Notes: generated by a model not told the origin, from the sequence alone. A stretch of DNA of 64,000 nt from Octopus vulgaris (GCA_951406725.2 OX597815.1:27652001-27716000), one strand, 5' to 3'. Shown: positions 39,853 to 52,930, numbered from the stretch's first letter. Numbers and translations are program-made.

Positions 39853-40579
39853 CTTTAAAACAAAGACAAGTTATATTAAACTCTAAGGTATTATATGTTA
39901 TGTAGAAAAGGTGTTTGTAGTTAGAACATTTCACTTTTTCTAAAATTCAGAATGTGAAAAAAATATGGCATGCAAATTGTTTTTTTTTTATGTAAGGTTT
40001 TGCATTTCACAATGGAAATGTGTGTGTACACAAACATTCCACTTGTTGTTGTTGAAATAAAAGGGTGATTAATTATTTTTTTTTTAAATATTTGTTATGG
40101 TTTTATTGTAGGATGATGGGTAAGGCATGCAACTTTTCCATGACCTCCAAGACTGAGGAATTGAACAAAGGAAATAAGCCACAAATTACTGTAGTCAAGT
40201 AATCAGGATACTCTAAGGCCAAAAACTCAGGCTAAGTGGTTGCAACAGAATGGACTTATCAAAAGATACCCAAGAATCAGGTTAAGTCTATTAACCAAGA
40301 AGATTAACAGACTAAAATGTTCTTAGTTCAAAAGTATTGGGTTAATTTTGACTTTTCATTCATCCAGGAATGGATAACTTGAGTTATCAATTATGAGCTG
40401 GGTTATATCTAACCAATAAATATGTGAACTCTTCCCAATATAAGAAATTATTATTAAAAGAACTGAGCTCATAGAACTTCTGCTATTAACATTTTTTTTT
40501 TCTTAAAACCATTTGTAGTACTGCAACAAAGCGGTTGAGTCCCTTTCTAGCATTGGGCCTCGCAGAGATAAAGTGGCTG

Positions 40580-40892
40580 AGTTACTTTCAAGTGTGGGAC
40601 TTCACAGAGGTAATGACCGAGACCATTGGCACTATGTCATGCATGAGAAGAAGACCCACCAAGCCAAGCAAAATCAGTCGTGGCAGATACTGGTGTCACG
40701 CAAATTGGCACCCGTGCCGGTGGCATGGAAAAGCACACATTACACTCAGAGTGGTTAGCGTTAGCAAGGGCATCCAGCTGTAGAAAACCATGCCAAATCA
40801 GACTGGAGTCCGATGCAGCCTTCCAGCGTGCTAGCTTGCTGAAACCATCCAACCCATGCCAGCATGGACAACGAATGTTAAATGATGACGAC
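40580..40892 (+). mobile_element. RTE LINE 3' end, antisense to PUF60
   Basis: cccgtgccggtggcatggaaaagcac...ccatccaacccatgccagcatgg...gatgacgacg. Confidence 0.75.
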
Positions 40893-41214
40893 GAATGTAT
40901 TTTTTCAATGAACGTACAGAATCAAAGAACATTTTGAATTGAGTTATTTCTGAGCTACTCAGAAACTAGCTACAGTAATAGATTTCTATCACTGTACAAA
41001 ATATAGGCTAACTTACACATGTACAAATAATTTCATTAATTTCTTCCCTTCCCATAGAGACACTCAATCATTTGAATCCACTTACACCACTGATATCAGT
41101 TGAATCAAAAAAATTAATGAACCAGATACTATTTTCATGAAATTATATGCACCACATTTTGTTTTCAAATATCTGTTTTAAAATATGCACAGAATATGGA
41201 CTGGGGGAGGTAAT

Positions 41215-41340
41215 TTTTGATTCTGCATTCACATGTCTTTCTCTATAAGTTTTTGTCTCTTAGTTTTCTAAGAAATTTTGATTCTGCATTTACATGTCTT
41301 CTTTCTCTATAAGTTTTTTTTTTCTTAGTTTTCTAAGAAA
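41215..41340. repeat. Tandem duplication of ~61-65 bp
   Basis: ttttgattctgcatt..acatgtctt..tctctataagttttt..cttagttttctaagaaa occurs twice. Confidence 0.85.
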
Positions 41341-41646
41341 ACACAAAGTGAGCTCTAATAGGCTGTTCCGTGCTTCTAAATAAATCCCAGAAATTAAGAA
41401 TTTAATATGTTTTTTCCTCACAAGTTGCTTGCCTGGGTTCACGGGTTCTGTTGCAGTTAAATGAAAAGAAAGAATATTTTATGACCCACATATGAGGAAC
41501 TACACTATTAAGAAAAACAGGGTTAAATAATTTCACCAAGAAAATATACTGGCTATGTTTGTTTTTAACTTATATTTCCTTTATAATGATACATGTATAA
41601 TTCACAAGGTGGGGATAGCAGAAGATAGAAAAAAATCAAAATTTAC

Positions 41647-41860
41647 CTTAATATTCCTACCACCAATCATGACACCATTCATCTGTTCCAAAGCCAGCTG
41701 GGCAGCTTCAGGGACTTCATATTCAATAAAAGCAAAGCCTTTATGTTTATTAGTCACAGGGTCCCAAGAGAGATTGACACTCTTTATAGGACCAAATGGT
41801 AAAAAAGCTTGCTTTATTGTATCCTCTTTGATTTCAAAATTTATGCTACCAACATAAATC
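41647..41860 (-). CDS. PUF60: PUF60 exon, RRM1
   Basis: [71 protein letters not shown]; flanked by cag and gtaaat; 214 nt, phase 2 to 0. Confidence 0.96.
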
Positions 41861-42371
41861 CTGTGAAAAGGAAGAAAATGTTTTATTAAAACTATTATCC
41901 TAATATGCAACTTGATAATTGGTCATATGATAAATAGCATAGAACTATTTAGAATTTATTCTATTTTAACCTTTAGGAAATAAATCAAAATTAAATTGGG
42001 TAAAAAACGTTTTCCTATGATTCTAATATATTTTAGAAAAGAGGAAATAGGTTAAAATTGGAAACACTTTCAATGTGAATTAGGCAAATGAAATTTAAGA
42101 ACCGAGATTACACTAACAGAAAAATGAAACGCGACCAAGAGAGACAACTTGTGTAACTACACATACAACACTAGAAAACGTCCATTATCCTGGTGAATAC
42201 AAGGAAATTTATATAGAAAAAAAATTTAATTATCACAATTAAGCAACACATTTGGACATTCTGTGGAAAGAATGACTCACAAGTATTAGCAAGCTACTAA
42301 ACAATACTGACAAATCTGGTTCCCATTGTCAGACCAAGCCAGAAATTACACAGGGTTGTGACATAAAATGG

Positions 42372-43820
42372 ATCATCATCGTTCCATGCTAGCATGGGTT
42401 GGATGATTTGACTGCGGACTGGCGAACCAGATGGCTGCACCAGGCTCCAATCTGATCTAAACCCAACCACTCTGAGAGTGTAGTGGGTGCTTTTACATGC
42501 CACCGGCACGAGGGCCAGTCAGGTGGTACTGGCAACTGCCATGCTCAAATGGTGTTTTTTACGTGCCACCTGCACAGGAGCCAGTCCAGCAGCACTGGCA
42601 ATGACTTCACTCAAATGTTTTTTCACGTGCCACTGGCATTTTACATGCCACCAGCATGGAAGCCAGTTAGCTGCTCTGGAAACGATCACGCTCGGATGGT
42701 GCTCTTAGCACTCTGCTGACACAGGTGCAAGTCATCAAATTTGATTTGATTTCGATTTCACTTGCCTCAACAGGTCTTTACAAGCAGATTTTAGTGTCCA
42801 ATGAAGAAAAGGTACACATAAGTGGGCTGGTCACACCCTGGCATAGGCGACGGGTTATGGTCTCACTTGGCCTGCCTGGTCTTCTCAAGCACTGCATATT
42901 TCCAAAGGTCTTGGTCACTAGTCATTGCGTCAGTGAAGCCTAATGTTCGAAGGTCATACTTCACCACCTCATCCCAGGTCTTCCTGGGTCTGCCTCTTCC
43001 ACAGGTTCCCTCAACCGCTAGGATGTGGCACTTTTTCACAGAGCTATCCTTATCCATTCTCGCCACATGACCATACCAGTGCAGTCATCTCTCTTGCACA
43101 CCACATCTGATGCTTCTTATGTCCAACTTCGCTCTCAAGGTGCTTACACTCTGTTGAGTAGGCACCTGACATTACACATCCAACGGAGCATACTGGCTTC
43201 ATTCCTTGCGAGCTTATGCATGTCCTCAGCAGTCACGGCCCATGTTTCACTGCCATATAGCATGGCTGTTCGTACACATGCATCATACAGTCTACCTTTT
43301 ACTTTGAGTGAGAGGCCTTTTGTCCCCAGCAGAGGTAAGAGCTCTCTGAACTTTGCCCAGGCTATTCTTATTTTAGCAGCTACACTTGCAGTGCACCCTC
43401 CCCAGCAACTGACTTGGTCACCTAGGTAACAGAAGCTATCAACTACTTCTAGTTTTTCTCCTTGGAATATGGCAGAAGTTGCTCTCTGCACATTTTCAGT
43501 GTTTATTGCTCCTGAGCATCTGCCACATACAAAAACTATCTTCCTGGTTAGCCTTCCTTTGATATTGCTGCACCTCTTATGTGTCCATAGCTTACACTTT
43601 GTACATCTTATAGAGTTTCTTCCTACGCCATTTCTACAGATCAAGCAGGGCCATCTACCAGAAGGGATTTGTGGTTTGTCTGCCTTCCTACTTATTAGGA
43701 CTTTGGTTTTAGCTAGGCCCTTCGATTCTAATCCTTGCTTCCAAACCTGAAACTTCTCTAGTTCTGATAGTGACTCAGCAATAAGAGCAAGGTCGTCAGC
43801 ATAGAGGAGCTCCCAGGGGC
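42372..43820 (-). mobile_element. 5'-truncated RTE-clade LINE (RT C-terminal half, 3' UTR with tandem units, GAT tail)
   Basis: PWELLYADDLALIAES, EVVDSFCYLG, LYDACVRTAMLYGSETW, GRGRPRKTWDEVV; frameshifted. It begins about 35 nt downstream of the PUF60 donor at 43857. Confidence 0.92.
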
Positions 43821-43857
43821 AAAAAGAAAGCTAGTTTTGATAATTGAAATAACTTAC

Positions 43858-43916
43858 CTGCACATTAATGCTAAGGCCTGCTGCCTTTGAACAGTATTTT
43901 GAAAGTTTGCCATTTG
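43858..43916 (-). CDS. PUF60: PUF60 exon (QMANFQNTVQRQQALALMCR)
   Basis: Acceptor tttctgttttcag, donor gtaagt; 59 nt, phase 0 to 2; matches the conserved QRQxALAxMCR before RRM1. Confidence 0.92.
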
Positions 43917-44626
43917 CTGAAAACAGAAAGAATAATTTTAAATGACAGTAAATATCTAAAATATGAAAAACTTGTTTTAAATTATAGAAAAACAATAAAG
44001 TAAAAAAAACAAAACATTTACTATATAGATATGTAGGACAAAGACTAATCTGATTTAAATATTTCTATTTAACCTTTTTTTCCCCATATTTCTACTGAAA
44101 AATAATGCCCGTGTCAATTAATTTTTAAAATAATGTAGATGTTAGTATAAAATAACTTGGTTCTTATTAAGCTGGTGTTTCGAACATAAATTAACAGCCT
44201 CAGGTGAGTTGGTATTTAAAGGTTAAATCAAATTATCAATCTGATTATCATGTTTAATCTGAATTTGAAGAATCTTCTAAAAGAAATAGCTAAAGCAAGA
44301 AGACAAAAAACAAAGCAACAAGCATCACGTGAAAACAATTCAGACAATGATAATGAATTGTGTCTAGAAACAGAATGAGTGAGAAACTTTAAAAGTGTTC
44401 CACTTCCAAATTTTCTAAAGAAACTAGACATAATCATAGTCTGTCTAACCTGAAGCCCACTGACCAAATTTGTTTACTCATTCTAATTCAAGTGTTCCAG
44501 ATAAAACTACCGTGACTAATTACTATAAACAAAAGGAGAAACTCAGAACTTTTTTATTTATTTATTTCACAAGAATGCAAACTATCGACAACCATATACC
44601 AGTATGAAAAATATAAACATAATACA

Positions 44627-45140
44627 CATCATCATCATCATCGTTTAATGTCCATTTTGCACTGATGGCATGGGTTGGACGGTTTGACTGAGGTCTAGAG
44701 AGCCAGAAACTGCACCAGGCTCCAATATGATCTGGTAATGTTTCTACAGCCGGATGCCCTTCCTAACGCCAACCACTCCAAGTGTAGTGGGTACTTTTTA
44801 TGTGCCACTGGCACAGGAGCCAGTCAGGCAGGCCTGGCATCAATCATGTTCAGATAGTGCTTTTTACATGCCAATACGGGGACCAGTTAGGTGGTCCTGG
44901 CATTGGCTTTGCTTTATGTGCCACTGGCACGGAAGCCAGTCAGGAGGTATTGGCATCAGCCATGTTCGGATGGTGCTTTTTACGTACTACAGGCACGGGA
45001 GCCAGTCAAGTGGACCTGGCATTGACCACATTCAGCTGGTGCTTTTTACGTTGTCACTGGCACAGAAGCCAGTCAGAGGGCACTGGCCACAGCTATGATA
45101 TTGATTTTACTTGACTCAAAAGGTCTTCTCAAGCATATCA
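44627..45140 (-). mobile_element. RTE LINE 3' UTR with about five tandem units
   Basis: (CAT)n head on the + strand and repeated gtgctttttacgtgccactggcac-like units. Confidence 0.8.
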
Positions 45141-45206
45141 TATCACCCAACACATCAGGAATACTCTTAACTGGTCTGGACTTTAATTGCTGGGTCTTCT
45201 CTTTAT

Positions 45207-45245
<39 letters not shown>

Positions 45246-45253
45246 TAATTTAC

Positions 45254-45462
45254 CTGTTGTTGATGAGCAATGGTCTGTCGCACCAGGACACTTTTAATAC
45301 TTTGTTCCATTGCATATTTCTTAGCTTTCTGTATAGCTTCTTGTTGAGATGCTGTCAATTTGGGCAACACAAATGGTTTCTGGTCTCTTTTTGCACCGGG
45401 ACCTTCAACAATGGGACCTATTTGTTCAGCCTGTGGCGTTTGTAGTTCTTCTGCAGCCAAAT
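45254..45462 (-). CDS. PUF60: PUF60 exon, N-terminal region (GPGAKRD...LPKLT...[25 protein letters not shown])
   Basis: Acceptor ttttgctgacag, donor gtaaat; 209 nt, phase 1 to 0; conserved PUF60 N-terminal motif. The acceptor choice is less certain than the donor. Confidence 0.85.
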
Positions 45463-45887
45463 CTGTCAGCAAAACCAAAAGATAGTTAAATAAACAATTA
45501 AAAATAGGACATGTATTGGAAGAAACTATAATGATATTGTGAAAAAAAAAAAAAAAAAAAAGAAAAAGAAAAAAGAGCCGGAATATGAACAGGGCCAAGA
45601 CAAATGAAGACTGGGGCAGAGACAAGATTATTTTTTTTTTATTTGAGGCACAGACATAGTCCTTAAGGGATATGGAGAAAAATATAAAAAGGGAAGATAC
45701 ATTAAAAAAATTAAAGTATGAGAGCAAGAATATTAGATCATCCAGACTAATATTGCTTTAAAAGTTTCAGTGATTACTAATCAAGAGTCGTAGAGAGAAA
45801 ATATCAATGATGTGCACCAGTAGATATAGGCTGTCAGTATTTAGGAATCAAACAATTTACAATATATTCATGTGAAATAAGGATTAC

Positions 45888-46012
45888 CACATCACAAGCA
45901 CCGATCGACTGATTGCCTCCAGTTTGGCCCTAATTTTGGCCACTGTAGTCTCACCAAAAGCCCCATAAAACAGCTGGCCGTAAGGGTGGCACGAGCAATA
46001 TTGAACTTCTTA
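45888..46012 (-). other. Candidate stop-containing (poison) cassette exon in a PUF60 intron
   Basis: A long pyrimidine tract and cag precede it; 125 nt, GC-richer than the flanks; donor gtaatc (alternative internal gtgaga); stops in all three frames. Confidence 0.35.
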
Positions 46013-48221
46013 CTGATATATAAAAACACAAAAAAAGAGAGAAAAATAGCATTTAAGAACAACATAAAGAGAATAAACGCAGATGCTTTCTAGATTGGCT
46101 AAAATATATCATTTAATAGTGACACTGTCCTTGGAATATTCTAGATCAGGCAAAAATTATTGAAAGAGTTAAAAATATGGGAGCAGGTTGGAAAATGTGC
46201 TTAACGTTTTATACTAAAATAAATGGTATTCTCATGAAACACTGCTCCTCTGACAAATTATAACTTACATTTTGTTGGGTTTTTTTTTTAAACTTAACGT
46301 TTAGAAGATTAGGATATTATTATTTGTATAAGTGACATTAAAGTGAAATAACTCCCAATTATTTGGAAAAAAATGGGAGGGAGGGCATCTAATGTCGTTA
46401 ATGAGTTAGATAGGTTATAAACTTCAGGGAATTGGAAATGTGATTAATTAATCTTCCAATATCACCAAAAACTAGATACAAAATTAACCCTTTAGTGTTT
46501 GCATTATTCTGCCAAAATGAATCCTTTTTTATCCACATTGCCTTGAACTAATCAGGCATTATATTGGTACTATGAGATTTTGATGAGGTAGCTGTTACTT
46601 TTTAAAACGATATTGTAGGGTTGGTGTGAGAGACCAGATCTGGCCAGTCTGAACATAAAACAGGTAGAATACTTTTGGCCGGATATGGCCGGTTTAAATA
46701 TCCTAAATTTGGTGTGCCTGAACTGAAGACTGAAATCAGGAAGGATATAAACAACCTAGCAATATTTCACTATCAAAACTTTTTAAAGGGGGCCCATAAA
46801 CAAACAGGATATAGTTAATTGATTTCATGGAGTTAGCATTGTTTACAAAAACAAAATCTAATAGGATTATACAATTTTATTTATGAACTGAAAGTTCCAT
46901 ATGAATATGCAGTTTATAAAAAGCAAAGCATTTTCCTTCAAGGCAAATATTATTTTCATTCAATAAGTATTCTGCAGTCCTAACAAATTATATTCCATGT
47001 TATTCTTATTCCATAACTTTTAGTATTTTCAGTAAATAGCATTACATATACGTACGTACATTTATACATACATATATTACGTATATATACACAATATGTT
47101 TATTATTAATTACTATCACTACACTTTTGACTTCAGATTTCTTTACATGTATCAATAAAGCCAGTGTTAGGGAATTTAATGCTCTTATGGATATAATATT
47201 AAACACTAATCTACTCTGTAGTTGAACAGAATGAAGGATGCTAAACAAAAAACAGTATTAATATTACTTAAAAGTTGATATGAGAATTAATTCTAGTATT
47301 TCAGCAACAAAGATTTTTTTTTTGTTAATGAATGTTGGGTCACTAAATGTGCGAATGTACTGAACAGAGAGGAAATGATGATAATGATCATCGTTTAACA
47401 TCCGTTTTCCGTGCTAGCATGAGTTGGCGGAGATGTTATCAGCAACTGTTATAAAACAGTTGGGATAAAAGTCAAGAAGATTCAATGTGCAAAAACTAAT
47501 TAGAAAATACTTTTGATATACAAGGAAAAGTAAAGAATTGTTCTTTACAATAAGTTCTGTATAATTCTTCAAATAAAATAAATTTACAGCTTGTTAAACA
47601 ATCCCCATACTATGTATTAGTTGAACCACATAGATAATAAGATAACATACTTATGAAGGAAAGTTTAAAAGCTAAAACAAAATCCAAGTTCATGATTAAG
47701 GAAAGACCCTACCCTACTCATCAATAATAAAGTATTTTCTATAACTAGTTGCCTGGAACACTTTAGATAAATTTGCTTGATAATTTATCTTTCATTAAGT
47801 TTTCTACATATGGAAGAGCTGATAATTTTTCAATCAAATAGGACGGCATGAAACTGGTCTTCCATCAAGTAATAAATTCCTTTTCTTTCCAAACCACATT
47901 TTGCTGCTGGATGAATTACAATTTGTTAAAATCAAGAGATGTAAATATTACGAGTGTGTATAACTTTAAGTAATCTTCCATTTATATAGGAAAAACTTTT
48001 ATCACTGAGGCAAATAATTCTAAAAATATCTTCTAACTTGTTATCACATTTTGAAGAAACAATAGAAAATTGTTTAAAACAATGTTATTTCTAACTATAT
48101 AATTTTTTATACACATACATACATTGTTTTGTTTTATACACACACACACACACACATGCTTATATTTACATATATAAGTATATATATATATATACATTCA
48201 TACAGACATTCTTATATTTAC

Positions 48222-48253
<32 letters not shown>

Positions 48254-48254
48254 G

Positions 48255-48300
<46 letters not shown>

Positions 48301-48334
48301 TGCTTATATTTACATATATAAGCATATATATATA

Positions 48335-48386
<52 letters not shown>

Positions 48387-48413
48387 GTGTGTGTGTGTGT
48401 GTAAATAATCAAA

Positions 48414-48863
48414 ATAAGCAACAAGTATATCTGAGGTAGAGTGGTACAATTGTTTCATGCTACTTCATTTTATTAAACACTGTAAGTATTACATCAGTTT
48501 TAAAATGCTGGGCAATCTTCAGCCACTTAAAGAAATTTTCCAATCAAACGGACAATGCACATTCTTATCTCTATTTCATTTGCCAACATTATAAAGAGGG
48601 TAGATATATAGACAGAGAGGTTGATTTCATTCTTAAGAACATGATAGTAGTAAATTTACTCTCTGACTCATATCTACCCTCTTTATAATGTTGGCAAATG
48701 AAATAGAGATAACAATGTGCATTGTCCGTTTGATTAGAAAATTTCTATAAGTAGCTGAAGATTGCTCGACATTTTAAAACTGATGTAATACTTACAGTGT
48801 TTAATAAAATGAAGTAGCATGAAACAATTGTACCACTCTATCTCGGATATACTTGTTGCTTAT
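48414..48863. repeat. Long inverted repeat (~205-bp arms, ~40-bp spacer), probable foldback element or MITE
   Basis: 48414-48619 is the near-perfect reverse complement of 48659-48863. Confidence 0.92.
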
Positions 48864-50413
48864 AATCACCCCATTGATTTATATGGATAATACCATACAA
48901 AATTCTGGTGCCTTTGACTTAAGTACCATATTCATCTGAATCTAAATTTTGCTGAACTTATATATATATACATACATACACACACACATATATGCATATA
49001 TATATATATATACACACATATGCATATATATATATATACACACATACATATATACATAAACACACATACATATATACATAAACACACATATGCATATATA
49101 TATATATACACACATACATATATACATAAACACACATATGCATATATATATATATACATATACACACACATATGCATATATATATATATATACACATATA
49201 CGGATGTATATATACATATATATATATACTGCAGCAAGATATGTAAAGAGCAGCTCCGCCTAACTCACTACTTCCCCCAAAACAATACTGAACATCTACA
49301 GGTGGTGCAGCTGCAAGACCTCAGCCTTGGGCTAAAACCAGTAAAAGATATACACACACATGTATGTATCATCACCATTTAACATCCGCTTTCCATGCTG
49401 GCATGAGTTGGACGGTTTGACAGGAGGCTGGCGAGCCAGGCACCAATCCAGTCAGCTGACACTGACATCGACCATTATCAAATGGTGCTTTTTATGTGCC
49501 ACCAGCACAGGTCCAGTCATGAGTCTACACGCGCACACAGATACATACAAAGATATATATTCTTTGATTCTTCGACTTGTCTCAGTCACTTGAAGTACAA
49601 CCTTTAGTCGAACAATTCAATCCCAGGACATATTCTTTATAAGCCTAGTACTTATTCTCTTTTGCCAAAACACTAAGTACGGGGACATAAAAACACCAAC
49701 ATCACTTGTCAAGCGATGCTGAGGGGGGAAACACAGACACACAAATACATACACACACATATATGATGGGTTCCTACCAGCTTCAGTCTACCAAATCCAC
49801 CAACAAGGCTTTGGTCAACCCGAGGCTATACTACAAGACACTTGCCCAAAGCACCATGCATCGAGACTGAACACGGAACCATGTGCTTGAGAGGCAAGCT
49901 TCTTCCCATACAGCCATATATATATACATACCTATATACATACACACATACATATATTTATATACATACACATACATTTACATGTATATATACACATTCA
50001 CATGTATACACACATACATATAGATATAAATACATACAAACATATATATACACACATAAATACATATACAGATATATATACTTATAAATATATACATACA
50101 TACATATATGCATATATACATATACACATACATGTATATACATATATATACACACATAGGTATATACACATAAGGGCGGCGAGCTGGCAGAATCGTTAGG
50201 ACGCCGGGCGAAATGCGTAGCTGTATTTCGTCTGCCGTTACATTCTGAGTTCAAATTCCGCCGAGGTTGACTTTGTCTTTCATCCTTTCGGGGTCGATAA
50301 ATTAAGTACCAGTTACGCACTGGGGGTCGATGTAATCGACTTAATCCGTTTGTCTGTCCTTGTTTGTCCCCTCTATGTTTAGCCCCTTGTGGGTAGTAAA
50401 GAAATAGGTATAT

Positions 50414-50451
<38 letters not shown>

Positions 50452-50502
50452 GTACATATATACACTATACACATACATATAGATATATGTGCGCGCGCAT
50501 GC

Positions 50503-50540
<38 letters not shown>

Positions 50541-51329
50541 TCTTGTACTTGTTTCAGTCATTTGACTGTAGCCATGCTGGAGTACCGCCTTTAGTCGAGC
50601 AAATCGACCCCAGGACTTATTCTTTATAAGCCTAGTACTTATTCTATCGGTCTCTTTTACCAAACCGCTAAATTACGGGGACATAAAAACACCACCATCG
50701 GTTGTCAAGCGATGTTGGGAGGACAAGCACAGACACACACACATACATATATACGACGGGTTTCTTTCAGTTTCCGTCTACCAAATCCACTCACAAGGCA
50801 TTGGTCGGCCCGAGGCTATAGTAGAAGACATTTGCCCAAGGTCCCACGCAGTGGGACTGAACCCACATACACAGCTTCATGCTTCCACAAAATGTTGTTA
50901 TGACAAAAAAAAATGAGAGAATATCCATTATCCTAAAAACACCATAATAATGGTAAACATGTTTAGTTTCTGGCAGTATGAATAGGAACACCAGCTAACC
51001 TGGAATCCCTGAACCATGCCAGTTATCAGCAACTAGGATCTTGAATAAATTCATTAGTGGGGTGGATGCAGGTCTTGATGAGGAGGTAAGAAGGTGTAAG
51101 GGAGAAATAGAAGGATAAGACAAGATGTACATTAGGAACCCTACATGCATACATAAAACCTGCTTATGGCTACAGATGAAACATATGCCTGGTGCAAAGT
51201 CCCAACCAAACCGAATATAATGGGAAGGCAGAATAACCTGTTTGATAGTAGTGTAACGGCAAAGAGAAAGGCCTGAAAAACCTAGAAGGAAGGTAGCAGC
51301 AGAGTGCATTATCAGGCAGCAAGCAAGAC

Positions 51330-52930
51330 AGATATGCAACTGGTGCACTTGGCTAACGATGAAGCAGAAAGGAAGAGATTTGCATGTTAGAGAAAACAAA
51401 GATGCTATTGGGGAGAGGTATAACCAAAATGATGAAGGTATACCAGCCACTGCTGTGGAAGGAAAACAAGTGGTATGAAAATGCTATTATTAGAGACTGC
51501 TGAATGTGGGAAATGCAAGGGTTAAAAAGGTGCAGACTACCTCATGATGATCCTATAGAGAACAGCAATTTAGTAGATAAAATGACTAACATGAAGTCAA
51601 AGAAAGCTACTGGATTATTAGGAATAGTTGCAGAGATGCTCAAAAATATTGGAGATAGGATACGCATGACCATCAGGAATAATTAAACAATACAAAACTG
51701 TCATAGAAGTATAATTCTAAACTGCTATCGAGGTAAAAGAGATGCCATAGAGACAAAATAGAAGAATCTAATTATTGGATCACAGCGTGAATCTAAATTA
51801 AGTGCAGTTTGGCTTCATGCCAAGCAGAGGTACTATGTTTGCAATGCTCCAATTTAGACAACTGCAAGAGAAATACTTGGCTAAAAGCAAACCACTATTC
51901 CTGGCATTCAACTCAGAGAAGGCCTTTGACACTAATCTGGTAGTTACCAAGAAAACAAGGAGATAAATAGTTTGTTAGTGCTGTACATGCTAAATATAAC
52001 AATACAGTAATTGGAATTTTGCCTGAAGGTAGGGTCATCAAGGCACTCCTCTCGTATTCATCATAGTCACAGAGAAGCTTAAAAGCTACTGACCATGAGA
52101 AATCCTAAATGCTTATGATTTAGTTCTCATAGCTAAATCTATAGTGGAATTAGAAGAAACTCCCAGAATGGAAGCTAAGCCTAGCCTCAAAGTAAACTTA
52201 GAATAGATTAAGATGTTAGCAAGTAAGAAACAATATCATCAGAGAAATGGCTTTGCTTCATATGCCACAAAGTAGATATAGACATCAGATGCTGTGTCTA
52301 ATGTAAGCTTATGGACACACAAGGCATGAAGTGAAAATACAGGCAGACTAACAGAGATGAACTTCATGTGACAGATGCACTAGAGCAATACACCTAATAG
52401 AAATAATTAACAAGGAAGATAGTTGCTCAGAAAGTATACTAATCAGGATAACAACAGACTGGGAAAAGTTCAAGGAGCTATTACCACTAACAACAATGAT
52501 TTTTTTTTTTTCAGAGTAAAGGGCAGATTGTATGAATCTTCTGCTAAAATTGTAATGTTGCATAGTAGCAAGACATGAGCTTCAAATGCAGAAGATTTGC
52601 AAAGACTAGAAATAAATGAAGCCTGCATGTTCCAATGGATCCATAATATTAATGTGCATGAACGCCAGACTACAAATGAACTAAGAGGTTAACTGGGTAT
52701 AAGAGGAAACGGGTGTAATGTGCAAGAGAGCGAGTTGCAAAAGTACAGGTATATGAAGAGAATGGAGGAGGACAGCTGCATACAAAAGTACTGAACTCTC
52801 CAAATTAGTGAAACTTGTGGAAGGAGACCAAGAAAGACTTAGGGCAAAGTGGTGATGGTTACCTAAAGATGCTGCATTTCAGAGGAAATGACAAAGGACC
52901 ATACTAACAGGCAATATGCAGCACTACAAA
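51330..52930 (+). mobile_element. Old, heavily degenerate RTE LINE copy related to 42372-43820
   Basis: Remnants MKSKKATGLLGIVAEMLK and QFGFMPSRGT, plus a decayed YADD region and C-terminus. Many stops; boundaries approximate. Confidence 0.75.

Noticed and set aside
44780-45070. CRISPR-like repeat-spacer appearance (palindromic ~25-bp repeat with ~35-bp spacers)
   Set aside because: The spacers are homologous to each other, the array is part of a eukaryotic LINE 3' UTR found many times in the window, and there are no cas genes.
45830-45900. Possible intronic C/D box snoRNA on the - strand (GTGATGT...CTGA)
   Set aside because: Imperfect C box, no terminal stem, and an AT-rich interior with no recognisable guide.
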